Source: Thermoplasmata archaeon (GTDB lineage: Archaea; Thermoplasmatota; Thermoplasmata; GCA-020350865). Taken from it: a stretch of 64,000 bases of DNA. Position 1 is the stretch's first letter; the number at the start of each line of letters is the position of its first letter. Shown piece by piece: positions 49,425-59,622 of the stretch. The position numbers were made by a program, and so were the translations under genes. The notes under the pieces were generated by a model. The model saw only the letters and a list, made by a program, of their open reading frames with translations. It was not told where the DNA came from and did not search any database. The stretch is from assembly GCA_020348445.1 (NCBI GenBank), contig CP070751.1, positions 4,876,506-4,940,505 on the forward strand, given 5' to 3'.

Positions 49425-51032
49425 ATGGACGAATGGATTATTTACACGCTATTATTGATACTTATTAATATCATTATATTGGTCATATTAAAATCAATTG
49501 GTGCCTTCAAGGAGAAGAAGGTCTCTTTGTGGGGCCCTTTTCTTATGTGGCGCACTGAAAAGGGTAAGAAGCTCATTGAAAAGCTGGCGCGTCCTAAAAG
49601 AATTTGGCGATGGTACGGTAACGTTTCTGTTGCCATATGTCTTGTTACAATGATTCTTATGATGGTCTTCCTGATCTGGACAACCACTTTGGTTTCCAGA
49701 ATACCAAGAGAAAGCGCACCCTCCCCGCAGCTTCTTCTTGGCATACCTGGTGTGAATCCCATCATACCATTGTGGTACGGGATTTTGGCCCTTGCGGTGG
49801 CCATCATAATACATGAATTCGCACATGGCATCCTATCCAGGGTAGGGAAATTAAAATTAAAATCTCTCGGAATCATATATTTTCTATTCCCCTGGGGGGC
49901 CTTTGTTGAGCCTGATGAGGAGGAGCTTAGAACCACCACCAAGAAAAAGCGGATGAGAATATTTGCTGCAGGACCTTCTACGAACATCATATTCGCCATA
50001 ATATGCGCACTCATTTTCTCCTGGGGTTTTATAGGCTCTATCTCGCCTGTAACCGAGGGTGTTTTCATAAGTGGGGCATTGGCAGACAGCCCAGCTCACG
50101 AGGCTGGTTTGAGCAAGATGTGGATGGAGATAGTTGAAATAAATGACACACCAATTAAGGATATCGAGGACTTTGAAAACGTGCCTGCTCCCAAGCCCCT
50201 TGAGAACACCACAGTGAAATATTTTTACGAGGGTAATTTTCGCACTGTAAATGTAACGTCTGGGGTTGTGATACTGCACGTATCTGAGGATTACCCCGCA
50301 GATGATGCCGGAGTGGAAAGTGGGATGATCCTATTGGAGATCAACGGCACCGAGATTCGCAACGATGGGGATTTTCAGGATGCCATGAAATTGACAAGAC
50401 CCAATCAGAATGTGAATATAACCCTTTATGAATACAACGAGACCACAGATTCCTATACGTTGTTCAACACCACCGTGACCTTGGAGGACAAATACGAGTA
50501 CTACGAGGAGCACTATCCACAGGTCAACAAAGAGTCCTTTCGGAATGTGGGATTTCTGGGTGTCAGCCATGGGTATCTTGGTCTAAAACCGGGTGGAAAT
50601 CCAAAAGCCTTAGCAGACATGCTCTCACACCCTTTTTCCAATGTGGACTCAATGGACGAGGCAACGTACAACATGCTCATCTACATTCTGCTGCCATTTC
50701 AGGGATTGTCTCCTTTTCCTGAGCCCATGACAGAACTATACGAGGTAACTGGTCCTCTTGCGGTCTTACCCTCGGGAGTATTCTGGACCCTAGCCAATAT
50801 TTTTTATTGGCTCTTTTGGCTGAACCTCATGGTAGGGTGGACTAACACCCTACCTGCCGTTCCCCTGGACGGAGGTCATCTGTTCAAGGACTCCTTGGAT
50901 GGCATCATATCAAAAATTAAAAGGCAGCTTGACAAGGAAACCCGTGAGAGGTATGTTGCAGCCATCACATACTCACTGGCCCTTCTTGTGCTTGTCATGA
51001 TTTTATATCCCCTTATAGGCCCGAGGCTTTGA
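49425..51032 (+). CDS. Site-2 protease (M50) with two PDZ-like domains
   Basis: HEFAH zinc motif, FAAGP, NTLPAVPLDGGH; two PDZ-like segments (GVFISGALADSPAHEAGL and GVVILHVSEDYPADDAGV). Confidence 0.92.
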   Translation: MDEWIIYTLLLILINIIILVILKSIGAFKEKKVSLWGPFLMWRTEKGKKLIEKLARPKRIWRWYGNVSVAICLVTMILMMVFLIWTTTLVSRIPRESAPSPQLLLGIPGVNPIIPLWYGILALAVAIIIHEFAHGILSRVGKLKLKSLGIIYFLFPWGAFVEPDEEELRTTTKKKRMRIFAAGPSTNIIFAIICALIFSWGFIGSISPVTEGVFISGALADSPAHEAGLSKMWMEIVEINDTPIKDIEDFENVPAPKPLENTTVKYFYEGNFRTVNVTSGVVILHVSEDYPADDAGVESGMILLEINGTEIRNDGDFQDAMKLTRPNQNVNITLYEYNETTDSYTLFNTTVTLEDKYEYYEEHYPQVNKESFRNVGFLGVSHGYLGLKPGGNPKALADMLSHPFSNVDSMDEATYNMLIYILLPFQGLSPFPEPMTELYEVTGPLAVLPSGVFWTLANIFYWLFWLNLMVGWTNTLPAVPLDGGHLFKDSLDGIISKIKRQLDKETRERYVAAITYSLALLVLVMILYPLIGPRL

Positions 51033-51254
51033 AAGGTTAATTCCTTATTTTTTTGTGTGTACTTATGACAATCCTAGCAAATTTAATAGGGAGGCTCTTC
51101 TAAAATATCTAAGGTAGGGAGGGCGGCGGGGGTAAGGTGGAGGGGGGAAATAGGGAAGGGCAAAATTCATAAAAAGCCAGTAAAAAGGTATAAATACCCA
51201 ATAATCATATGATTAACCCAGTTATTGATTTGTTTAACCTCTGGGGGATATCAG

Positions 51255-54200
51255 ATGAAAAAGGGACCTGCAAAAGGTCTATTTTGCATGATTATCGTTT
51301 TGGTTTTTCTCCTTTCCTCGTTTAATATCGCGGCTTTTAGTGGTATTACCATTAAAAAACATCCTGAAGATAACCTGCATTTTGACACCGAGATTCCCCA
51401 GGATAAGGTTGTTCCGGAGCCCGAACCGAATTTTGATACCACTGGAATACAAGAGGATGCAACAGGTAATTCAGATTTCAAACCTTCCCCTTCTGGTCAG
51501 GTGAGCACGAACGCGGATTTTAAAGGAAATGGTTTACCTTTCTGGAAGATCGAAACTACTCTCTTGGCACAATTAAAGGACACGGATTCCGTCAAGGTGA
51601 TCATCACCTCAACTGACATGGGCCAGGTAAGGGAATTATTAGGCCAAGGAAACCAAGATTTCACATCCAGACATAAAAAAAATAATGCAAGACTCGAAAC
51701 ATCAATACTTGAAGTTCAAAGCCATATGGTTCTGAAAATCGCATCCTTGGAGAGAGTGATTAGCATACAGAGTTACAGACTTCCACAGCCTCCAAAATTC
51801 CCTGAAGGAATCGAAGGTACAGGGGATTTCGATTCTGAATACGAACCCACCATGTGGAACGCAGTAAAATACCACGGAGCTGATACTGCCTGGGATCTTG
51901 GGTACAACGGCTCAGGAGTAAATGTTGCAGTCATAGATACCGGGGCGGATTTCGGTCATCCAGATTTGAACGGGACCCAAGCCAGGGATGAGAATCCCGC
52001 TTCCCCATATTACGGATGGCCTTTGGCTTTTGATTCAAGGTCCATGCTAAGCTATCTTTCCTCGGGAGGGCAGGGTTTTACAGGTTCAGGTGGAGAGGAC
52101 AACTGGTTTTCAGATACCAATACTACAGACACTGACAGCAATGGAAACGGAACCCTGGATACGTCAGGTTACAATGTCACTGGTATTATAAGCCAAAGCG
52201 GGATTTACCGCCTTGGCAAGCATCCAGATACTAGATTGAGGAACATATATGGGGATTATCCTGGTGTGCTTGTTGTGGATGAGAATTCCCCTGATGTTTA
52301 CGATACAGTCTATGTTGATCTGGACAGCGACATGAACTTCACAGATGAGAAACCGTGCAGAAAATGGGACGAGGTTCCCTCACATGATCTGGGAAGTGAT
52401 GGCATTCCCGACAGATCCGGGGGAATGATTTATTTTATTGCAGATGGAACAAATCCTGTACCATACTCTGATGTCATAGCAGATGAGAACGGATATACCC
52501 TTCCCATACCAGCTAACGGCAGTCTTGTGGTTTTCATGCTCAACGATCCCACAGAATCGGGGGGAAATCACGGTACCTTGTGTGCCTCAGCAGTTGCAGG
52601 ACAAGGGGTAATTGCCTCAGGAAGGGTGATTGGCACTGCACCTGAAGCAAAGATAATATCCATAGGGAATGTCTACGGTGGCGGGAACTTTATCGATTCC
52701 TACTATTTTGCAGTTGAAGGTTACGATGGCATACCTGGAACAGGTGATGAGGCCCAGATTGTGAGCTGCAGCTTTGGAGATTCCCATGTCGTTCATGGAG
52801 GTTGGGATTATACTTCTAGGCTCGTGGATAATCTGACAACCTATTATGCGCCAAACGTTACCTTCTGTGTTGCCAGTGGAAACGGGGGATACGGATACGG
52901 CACAGTAGCTTCGCCTGGCTCATCCATGGGTGTGATTACATGTGGGGCGGCCCTAAATAAAAAGGTAACTGAGGTGGTATACTGGTCCAATCGTGGTCCA
53001 AATGCCGTGGGTCAGGTTGATCCTGATATCGTATCTGTGGGTGTTTCTGCATTTGGGGATATGGCATTGAACCAAAGGAACAATGGCAACAATGCATATA
53101 GATCATGGAGCGGAACGAGCCTGTCAACTCCAGTTACAGCAGGTATAGTCGCTCTGATTTATGACGCATATTTCCAGTCAAATAGTGATTTCCCCACATC
53201 CAAACTGTCGAGAGAGATTCTCATGTCCACCGCTGATAACATTAACTATGATCCACTTGTTCAGGGTGCAGGTTTTTCCAATGCCACAAGGGCCACAAAG
53301 GTCGCAAATAACATCTCTGGTCTTTTATTATCACCAACTTTTTGGACTGCAGGGGATTATCGGGGTGTAGATTATGATGCCTTTGCCCACATCATGTTTC
53401 CTGGAGAGTCGGACAACATTACAATATCTGTTTCGAATGCTGATTACAACAATTCAGTTGATGTAAAAGTTTCAGATTACGTTCTCTCTCTTTCAGAAAC
53501 ATACACAACTGAAATAGAAGCCAACAAATCCAGAGAGGACGCTTCCACTGCTCGTCCTGATTTTTTGATTGCCCTAAACGATTCAAAGAACAATATCTCT
53601 CGGATTCCAATAGATACGGCTCTGCTCAAGGTCTCGGGATACATGCCCTATGATGAGTTCGATTCAGATCTCAATTACTTCCAGGAGAACAAGTTCTGGA
53701 TCACGATTTACAACTGGAAAGACAACAATGGAAATGGAAGCTACTGGAACGATTCAAACGGCGATGACACAGCCCAGCAGTCGGAAATTGAATGGTCGGA
53801 ACTTACGAGCATTTGCTCATCCTCCATTACTGCAACAACCCAAGAGGCTAGAATGCACGATCCTTTATCAAGAATCGATGATGGCCTTATCGTGGGCATG
53901 TTCCATCAGCCAGGAGGGGCTGCTCCCAATATCACTCATCTGTACATTCGATCCCAGTGTTACAATAGAACAGATTGGGATTGGCTTTCAACGAACACTA
54001 CAAATCTAACCATTGGTGCATCTGGTACATCCACGTTCCATGCTTCTATTACTGTGCCGCCTTCAACACCAATTGGGATTTACCAGGGTATCATCCTAAT
54101 AAACGATACAAGAAACGAAACTGCAATGCCAGTGATTGTAAATGTTGCTTCAAACTCTCCCCTGTTCACCTTCGGTGGAAACACTCTATCAGAAGAACTA

Positions 54201-57200
54201 TACGCCAATGATCAGGTTTTCGGTGCATTCAGATGGGGTTGGAGGTACGAAGGCGGCGATTGGAGGTTCTATTTCATCGACATCCCAGATTCATATGATG
54301 TCAATCCAGGAACAAAAATAGTGGCTGACGTGAAATGGAATGAATATCCCACTGATATCGATGTTTTCATACTTGGTGAATCATCTGATACTTTTTCTTA
54401 TGAAACACCGGAGAGATTCGGGCCCCATACAATGGAGATAAAGGGCAGAAGTGCAGATTCATACATGTGGGGCGGGAAGTTCAGGTTCAATACCACGACG
54501 GGGGGCCCACAGGAGATTATCTCAGCTGACTTGAGTCCTGGGTTGAACGAGATAATTTTACACAATGTTCTTTTTGGGGGCCAGTCTTTTACTGAAAATG
54601 TAACAGGCCAACTCGGAACTGTCAATGTCACACCCTATCCCTGGGATTTAGGATACATCGATAAAGTTCCCAATTTAACAGGCACACAGGAATTTACTGT
54701 GCTATCGAGCTTTAATTTATCTGGAATCAATACCAAAGCATATGGTGTATTCCCCCCCATGGAATATCCAAACCAGCAGGTCTATCAAAATGATCCCAGT
54801 GATAAGACTACCTCCAACTGGTCAAGGGAGTTCAACGTAAGTGGAGCAGAATACATCAGGGTCAACGTCTCAAGTCCAATAAGCATGGATATCGATCTAT
54901 TCCTTTTGAGGGACATAAACACCAATGGCATTCCAAACTGGGGCTCGGAACAGGTGGCATCCTCGACTTCGCCGAACGAGGAAGAGGAAATCCTCCTAAA
55001 TCTACCTGCAGATGGAAGGTACTGGGTTTTTGTCCACGGATGGAGCGTGCCTTCAAATCCATCACCATTTGACTGCTTTATCGAGGTGGTCTACGGGGAT
55101 GATATCGTCACAACGGACGTTCCCTCTGGTCCTTTTAATGCAAATGAAGCTGTAAATTTCAATGCTTCCTATAACCTACCGCCAAATGCTGGGGAGTTTC
55201 GAGGTGTTGTTCTTGTTGGTGTTACAAATATGTCTGCTTCAATTGAGGTTCCTTTCATAGTAAGATTGGAGAGTGAGATACCTTTAATATCGGGCTTTGT
55301 TCCAGAGCCCGACTCTTGGGTAAATTCTACACAGCCTACAATAGGAGCGCAGTATTATGACTCTGGCTCAGGAGTCGATACTTCCAGGGTGTACATCTTT
55401 TTGGACGGAATAAATCAAACTGTTAATGCCACGAAAAATCCAGATTCCATAACACTTGTTCCTTCATATTCATTGTCTGAGGGCTTTCACACAGTTTATT
55501 TGATAGTGACGGACATGTTCGGAAATGAAAATTACACCGCATGGATATTTTATGTGGACAGCATTGATCCCATTGCCGTTGCCGGAGATGATAAGTCGTC
55601 CTTTGAGGACGAGATAGTATATTTTGATGGCTCTGCAAGCTCTGATGAAAAAGAACTCCGCAACCTTACCTGGGATTTTGGAGACGGTTTCCTCGGCTAT
55701 GGAACATATCCAGATCATGTATTTACTGAGGCTGGGACATACACTGTAACTTTGATAGCAAGGGATATCGCAAATAATACAGGAACCGATACCTTATTCG
55801 TTTTTGTGGACAATGTGGCGCCTGTGGCAAATGCAGGAATCGATCAAATCGTGGATGAAGGAGAAATGACTTATTTCAACGGCAGCGACTCGTACGATAC
55901 TCCCTCTGATATGTCCACCTTGATTTACACCTGGTATTTTGAAGATAGCACAGTTTTATTAGGAATCAATGTAAGCCATTCGTTTTCGGACAACGGTAAT
56001 TACGCTGTTACACTGGTTGTGGAGGATAACAACGGTTTTACAGATTCAGATACAATTTTTGTTACTGTGAACAATGTGGCTCCAATTGCTGATGCCAATG
56101 GACCCTATTCAGGAACCGAGGGCGTGGGTGTTATCTTCACTGGCTCGGCAACTGATCCTGGTGAGGATACATTTACCTATGATTGGGACTTCGATGATTC
56201 AGATGGGATTACCTATTTGGATGCAACTAGTCCAAACCCTACTTGGACTTGGTCCGATGAGTTTTCGGGAATGATATATCTTCGAGTGACTGATGATGAC
56301 GGTGACATTGGATTTGATTCGGCCTCTGTTACAATTACCAATACCGCACCTGTCGCTGATTGCGGCGGACCTTACTCTGGATACGAAGGCACGGCAATTG
56401 CACTCTCGGGCTCAGCTTCCGACCCTGGTGCAGATTCATTAACCTATGAATGGGACCTTGACAACGATGGCCTATTCGATGATGCAACAGGTCAAAATCC
56501 TGAATGGACATGGTACGACAACGGTGTGTTTACAATAAGCCTGAGAGTAAGTGATTCTGACGGTGGAGAAGATTCAGACAAGGAGATTGTGACAATCAAC
56601 AATGTGGCTCCAACAGCTGATGCTGGGGGACCGTATTCTGAGGATGAAGGTTCCGTCGTTTCGTTTACAGGGGTGGCATCCGATCCTGGATCTTTGGATA
56701 CATTTACCTACTATTGGGACTTTGGTGATGGAGAAAGTTCAAGCCAGCAGAATCCAACACATGTATATTCAGATGACGGGATTTATATTGCCACATTAAC
56801 TGTTACTGATGACGACGGTGGAACTAATTCAAATAATACTTTTGTAATGATAAACAATGTTGCGCCTACTGCCTACGCACAAGGTCCGTACTCTGGGGAC
56901 GAAGGTGCACCTGTGAGCTTTTTCAGCTCAGCAACAGACCCTGGCACTGACACCTTTACCTATGAATGGGACTTTGATGACTCTGATGGAGTGACGTATT
57001 CAGATGCAACCGGGCCCAATCCCACTTGGACCTGGCCAGACGATTTTTCAGGGACAATTTACCTGAGGGTTATAGATGATGATGGGGGAATTGATATCGA
57101 TAATACAACTGTTACCATTAATAACATCGCACCTATCCCTGATCCAGGCGGTCCTTACTCAGGATACGAAGGTACATCCTTGGATTTCTCGGCCTCTGCT

Positions 57201-58808
57201 TTGGATCCTGGATCCGATACATTCACGTACAAATGGGATATGGACAACGACGGTCAATATGATGATGCAGATGGCCAAAGTCCATCATGGACATGGTACG
57301 ACAATGGAGCTTTTTTGGTGAGCTTAAAAATAACAGATGATGATGGGGATTTTGGTATTGATACTACCCTAGTGACCATTATTAATGTTGCTCCTTCTGC
57401 TGATGCAGGTGTGATTTACTATGAGGGGGAAGGGACTGCCATTTTCTTCAAAGGTAATTATTCTGATCCTGGTATTTCAGATTCACACACATTCTTGTGG
57501 GATTTTGGAGATGGAACGATTAGCACAGAACAGAATCCAACCCATGTTTATGCTGACGATGATGTATACACTGTCGTACTTTCTGTCACAGATGATGATG
57601 GTGGGATGGGAACTGATTCTGTTTTTGCGATCATCTTCAATTCCGCACCCATCCCCGAAAAATCGAATATTGACGCGACCGCCAAAGAGGGGCACCTTTT
57701 TACCTTGAAGATCAATGCCACGGATGCAGTAGGGGACAAGATAACTTTCACAGATAATACTGATATGTTCGATATCGATCCCACATCCGGTGTAATCCAA
57801 TTCATACCAACAAATGAGGATGTTGGCTTAAATGCAGTTACCGTCGAAATAAACGATGATGATAAAGGGACATCCACTGTTATTCTTTTGTTGCGCATAA
57901 CAAACGAAAATGATCCACCAACTCTCGAGCAAATCGGCTCTCTTATCGCCTATGAAGATTCAGAATTCAGTTATACTGTATTAGCAAGTGATGTGGATTC
58001 TGATGACACACTGACCTTTTCTGAAGATACAGAGCTTTTTGAAATCGATTCAGAAACTGGCATAATTACCTTTACACCCACGAATGACCAGGTTGGGATA
58101 GAAGTCATCACCATCACAGTAACTGATTCTCAAGGTGCAATAGATTCTGAGACTTTGACATTCACGGTTCTCAATACGAACGATCCACCTGTATTAAGCA
58201 GCATCCCCAATCAATTTGCAGAAGTAGGAAAGCAGTTTACTTATACAGTATCAGCAACTGACGATGATGATGCTGTCCTTATCTTCTCTGACAATTCTGA
58301 TCTGTTTGTAATAGATACTGTAACAGGGACCATTTCATTTACTCCAAGAAAAGGAGATGAGGGTGTTCATAGGATAACAATTACAGTCATCGATGGTCAA
58401 GGTGAACAAGATTCACAGGTTGTGACATTTGAGATCGAGGGTGGACCTGAACCTGATGACGAGATAGAATGGCTGTCTATAATTCTGCTTATCCTCGTGA
58501 TAGTCCTTTTCATTTTTCTTCTTTTACATACTTTCTGGCAAAGGGAAGAAGAAAAGAAGGAAGGTGAAGAGAAAGGGATTCCAGTGCAGACAACTGAGGA
58601 CAAGAAAATTAAAATGTCCAAAGAGCCTAAAAAATTACCAAAATCCAAGCCCCGTAAAAAACGTCCTAAACCAAAAATCATTGAAAAAGAATTACCGCCT
58701 CCAGAGCCAATAGAGCCTCCGCCACCACCCCCTGAGCCAAAAGAGGCTCCACCACCACCTCCGGAGCCAAAGGAGGTTCCTCCACCTCCCCCTGATACTT
58801 CAGATTAG
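51255..58808 (+). CDS. Membrane-anchored S8 subtilase (pyrolysin-like) with PPC, about eight PKD and three cadherin/Ig-like domains, a TM helix and a Pro-rich tail
   Basis: Catalytic triad VAVIDTG, HGTLCAS, SGTSLSTP; oxyanion ASGNGG; DIDLFL PPC domain; WDFGDG PKD units; TM helix near the C-terminus. Start set to ATG 51255. Confidence 0.92.
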   Translation: MKKGPAKGLFCMIIVLVFLLSSFNIAAFSGITIKKHPEDNLHFDTEIPQDKVVPEPEPNFDTTGIQEDATGNSDFKPSPSGQVSTNADFKGNGLPFWKIETTLLAQLKDTDSVKVIITSTDMGQVRELLGQGNQDFTSRHKKNNARLETSILEVQSHMVLKIASLERVISIQSYRLPQPPKFPEGIEGTGDFDSEYEPTMWNAVKYHGADTAWDLGYNGSGVNVAVIDTGADFGHPDLNGTQARDENPASPYYGWPLAFDSRSMLSYLSSGGQGFTGSGGEDNWFSDTNTTDTDSNGNGTLDTSGYNVTGIISQSGIYRLGKHPDTRLRNIYGDYPGVLVVDENSPDVYDTVYVDLDSDMNFTDEKPCRKWDEVPSHDLGSDGIPDRSGGMIYFIADGTNPVPYSDVIADENGYTLPIPANGSLVVFMLNDPTESGGNHGTLCASAVAGQGVIASGRVIGTAPEAKIISIGNVYGGGNFIDSYYFAVEGYDGIPGTGDEAQIVSCSFGDSHVVHGGWDYTSRLVDNLTTYYAPNVTFCVASGNGGYGYGTVASPGSSMGVITCGAALNKKVTEVVYWSNRGPNAVGQVDPDIVSVGVSAFGDMALNQRNNGNNAYRSWSGTSLSTPVTAGIVALIYDAYFQSNSDFPTSKLSREILMSTADNINYDPLVQGAGFSNATRATKVANNISGLLLSPTFWTAGDYRGVDYDAFAHIMFPGESDNITISVSNADYNNSVDVKVSDYVLSLSETYTTEIEANKSREDASTARPDFLIALNDSKNNISRIPIDTALLKVSGYMPYDEFDSDLNYFQENKFWITIYNWKDNNGNGSYWNDSNGDDTAQQSEIEWSELTSICSSSITATTQEARMHDPLSRIDDGLIVGMFHQPGGAAPNITHLYIRSQCYNRTDWDWLSTNTTNLTIGASGTSTFHASITVPPSTPIGIYQGIILINDTRNETAMPVIVNVASNSPLFTFGGNTLSEELYANDQVFGAFRWGWRYEGGDWRFYFIDIPDSYDVNPGTKIVADVKWNEYPTDIDVFILGESSDTFSYETPERFGPHTMEIKGRSADSYMWGGKFRFNTTTGGPQEIISADLSPGLNEIILHNVLFGGQSFTENVTGQLGTVNVTPYPWDLGYIDKVPNLTGTQEFTVLSSFNLSGINTKAYGVFPPMEYPNQQVYQNDPSDKTTSNWSREFNVSGAEYIRVNVSSPISMDIDLFLLRDINTNGIPNWGSEQVASSTSPNEEEEILLNLPADGRYWVFVHGWSVPSNPSPFDCFIEVVYGDDIVTTDVPSGPFNANEAVNFNASYNLPPNAGEFRGVVLVGVTNMSASIEVPFIVRLESEIPLISGFVPEPDSWVNSTQPTIGAQYYDSGSGVDTSRVYIFLDGINQTVNATKNPDSITLVPSYSLSEGFHTVYLIVTDMFGNENYTAWIFYVDSIDPIAVAGDDKSSFEDEIVYFDGSASSDEKELRNLTWDFGDGFLGYGTYPDHVFTEAGTYTVTLIARDIANNTGTDTLFVFVDNVAPVANAGIDQIVDEGEMTYFNGSDSYDTPSDMSTLIYTWYFEDSTVLLGINVSHSFSDNGNYAVTLVVEDNNGFTDSDTIFVTVNNVAPIADANGPYSGTEGVGVIFTGSATDPGEDTFTYDWDFDDSDGITYLDATSPNPTWTWSDEFSGMIYLRVTDDDGDIGFDSASVTITNTAPVADCGGPYSGYEGTAIALSGSASDPGADSLTYEWDLDNDGLFDDATGQNPEWTWYDNGVFTISLRVSDSDGGEDSDKEIVTINNVAPTADAGGPYSEDEGSVVSFTGVASDPGSLDTFTYYWDFGDGESSSQQNPTHVYSDDGIYIATLTVTDDDGGTNSNNTFVMINNVAPTAYAQGPYSGDEGAPVSFFSSATDPGTDTFTYEWDFDDSDGVTYSDATGPNPTWTWPDDFSGTIYLRVIDDDGGIDIDNTTVTINNIAPIPDPGGPYSGYEGTSLDFSASALDPGSDTFTYKWDMDNDGQYDDADGQSPSWTWYDNGAFLVSLKITDDDGDFGIDTTLVTIINVAPSADAGVIYYEGEGTAIFFKGNYSDPGISDSHTFLWDFGDGTISTEQNPTHVYADDDVYTVVLSVTDDDGGMGTDSVFAIIFNSAPIPEKSNIDATAKEGHLFTLKINATDAVGDKITFTDNTDMFDIDPTSGVIQFIPTNEDVGLNAVTVEINDDDKGTSTVILLLRITNENDPPTLEQIGSLIAYEDSEFSYTVLASDVDSDDTLTFSEDTELFEIDSETGIITFTPTNDQVGIEVITITVTDSQGAIDSETLTFTVLNTNDPPVLSSIPNQFAEVGKQFTYTVSATDDDDAVLIFSDNSDLFVIDTVTGTISFTPRKGDEGVHRITITVIDGQGEQDSQVVTFEIEGGPEPDDEIEWLSIILLILVIVLFIFLLLHTFWQREEEKKEGEEKGIPVQTTEDKKIKMSKEPKKLPKSKPRKKRPKPKIIEKELPPPEPIEPPPPPPEPKEAPPPPPEPKEVPPPPPDTSD
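56070..57635 (+). repeat. Diverged tandem duplication of a 783-bp (three-PKD) block inside the S8 gene
   Basis: aacaatgt starts at 56070 and 56853; tttacctatga(t/a)tgggactt(c/t)gatga.tc.gatgg recurs 783 nt apart. Confidence 0.75.
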
Positions 58809-58881
58809 TTCTATGCAATGATGAATATGAACCTAGATTAGAGGGAAGTTTTAATAAAGCTCAAGAATATCAAAGGTCGGT

Positions 58882-59595
58882 GTGAAAATGACTGAGCTTC
58901 TTTACATGAAGGACATAGAGGGAAATTATATAAAAGAATTTGATGCAAAGGTTGTAAAGAAAAAAGACAATTACGTTGTATTGGACAAGAGCGCTTTCTA
59001 TCCACTTGGTGGAGGACAACCATCTGACACAGGTGTTCTGAGATGGCCTGGGGGGGAGAGCAGGGTCGCCGAGGTCCAAAAGAAGGGAATAATAAAGCAC
59101 ATAATAACCGGCGATTTACCTGAGGGGGATGTGCATGGAACCCTTGACTGGGAGAAAAGATATGGACATATGAAGATGCACACTGCACAGCATGTGATAT
59201 CAGGTGTTGTGTACGATCTATTCAATGCAAGGACAGTGGGGAACCAGATTCATGCTGATTACTCGAGGGTGGATTTCTATCCAATCAGCTTATCAGATGA
59301 TGATCTTAAGAAAATAGAGGATGCATCCAACGAAGTTATCCAAAGAAACTCCCCTGTTAAAATCTATGCGGAGGAGAGGGAAAGCCTTGAAAAAAGAACA
59401 GATCCTCTGCGATCCAATCTCGATCTCATACCCTCCTCCATCAAAACCCTACGCATAGTTGAAATCGAAGGTTTCGATGTCTGCCCCTGTGCAGGAACAC
59501 ATGTCAAATCCACCCAGGAACTTGGGACACTACAAATCACAAAGAAGGAAAACAAGGGAAAGGACAAGGAAAGAATCGTCTACACATTAAAGTAA
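58882..59595 (+). CDS. alaX: Alanyl-tRNA editing protein AlaX (AlaX-M type)
   Basis: LDKSAFYPLGGGQPSDTG, HTAQH and CAGTH zinc-editing motifs. Confidence 0.93.
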   Translation: MKMTELLYMKDIEGNYIKEFDAKVVKKKDNYVVLDKSAFYPLGGGQPSDTGVLRWPGGESRVAEVQKKGIIKHIITGDLPEGDVHGTLDWEKRYGHMKMHTAQHVISGVVYDLFNARTVGNQIHADYSRVDFYPISLSDDDLKKIEDASNEVIQRNSPVKIYAEERESLEKRTDPLRSNLDLIPSSIKTLRIVEIEGFDVCPCAGTHVKSTQELGTLQITKKENKGKDKERIVYTLK

Positions 59596-59622
59596 ACAAT
59601 CTTAGTAATTCTAAGTGATTTT

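Noticed and set aside
33893-51032. Site-2 protease releasing the zinc-ribbon tails as signals
   Set aside because: The tails belong to C-terminus-in (type I) anchors, whereas characterised S2P substrates are mostly type II; nothing in the sequence links them.
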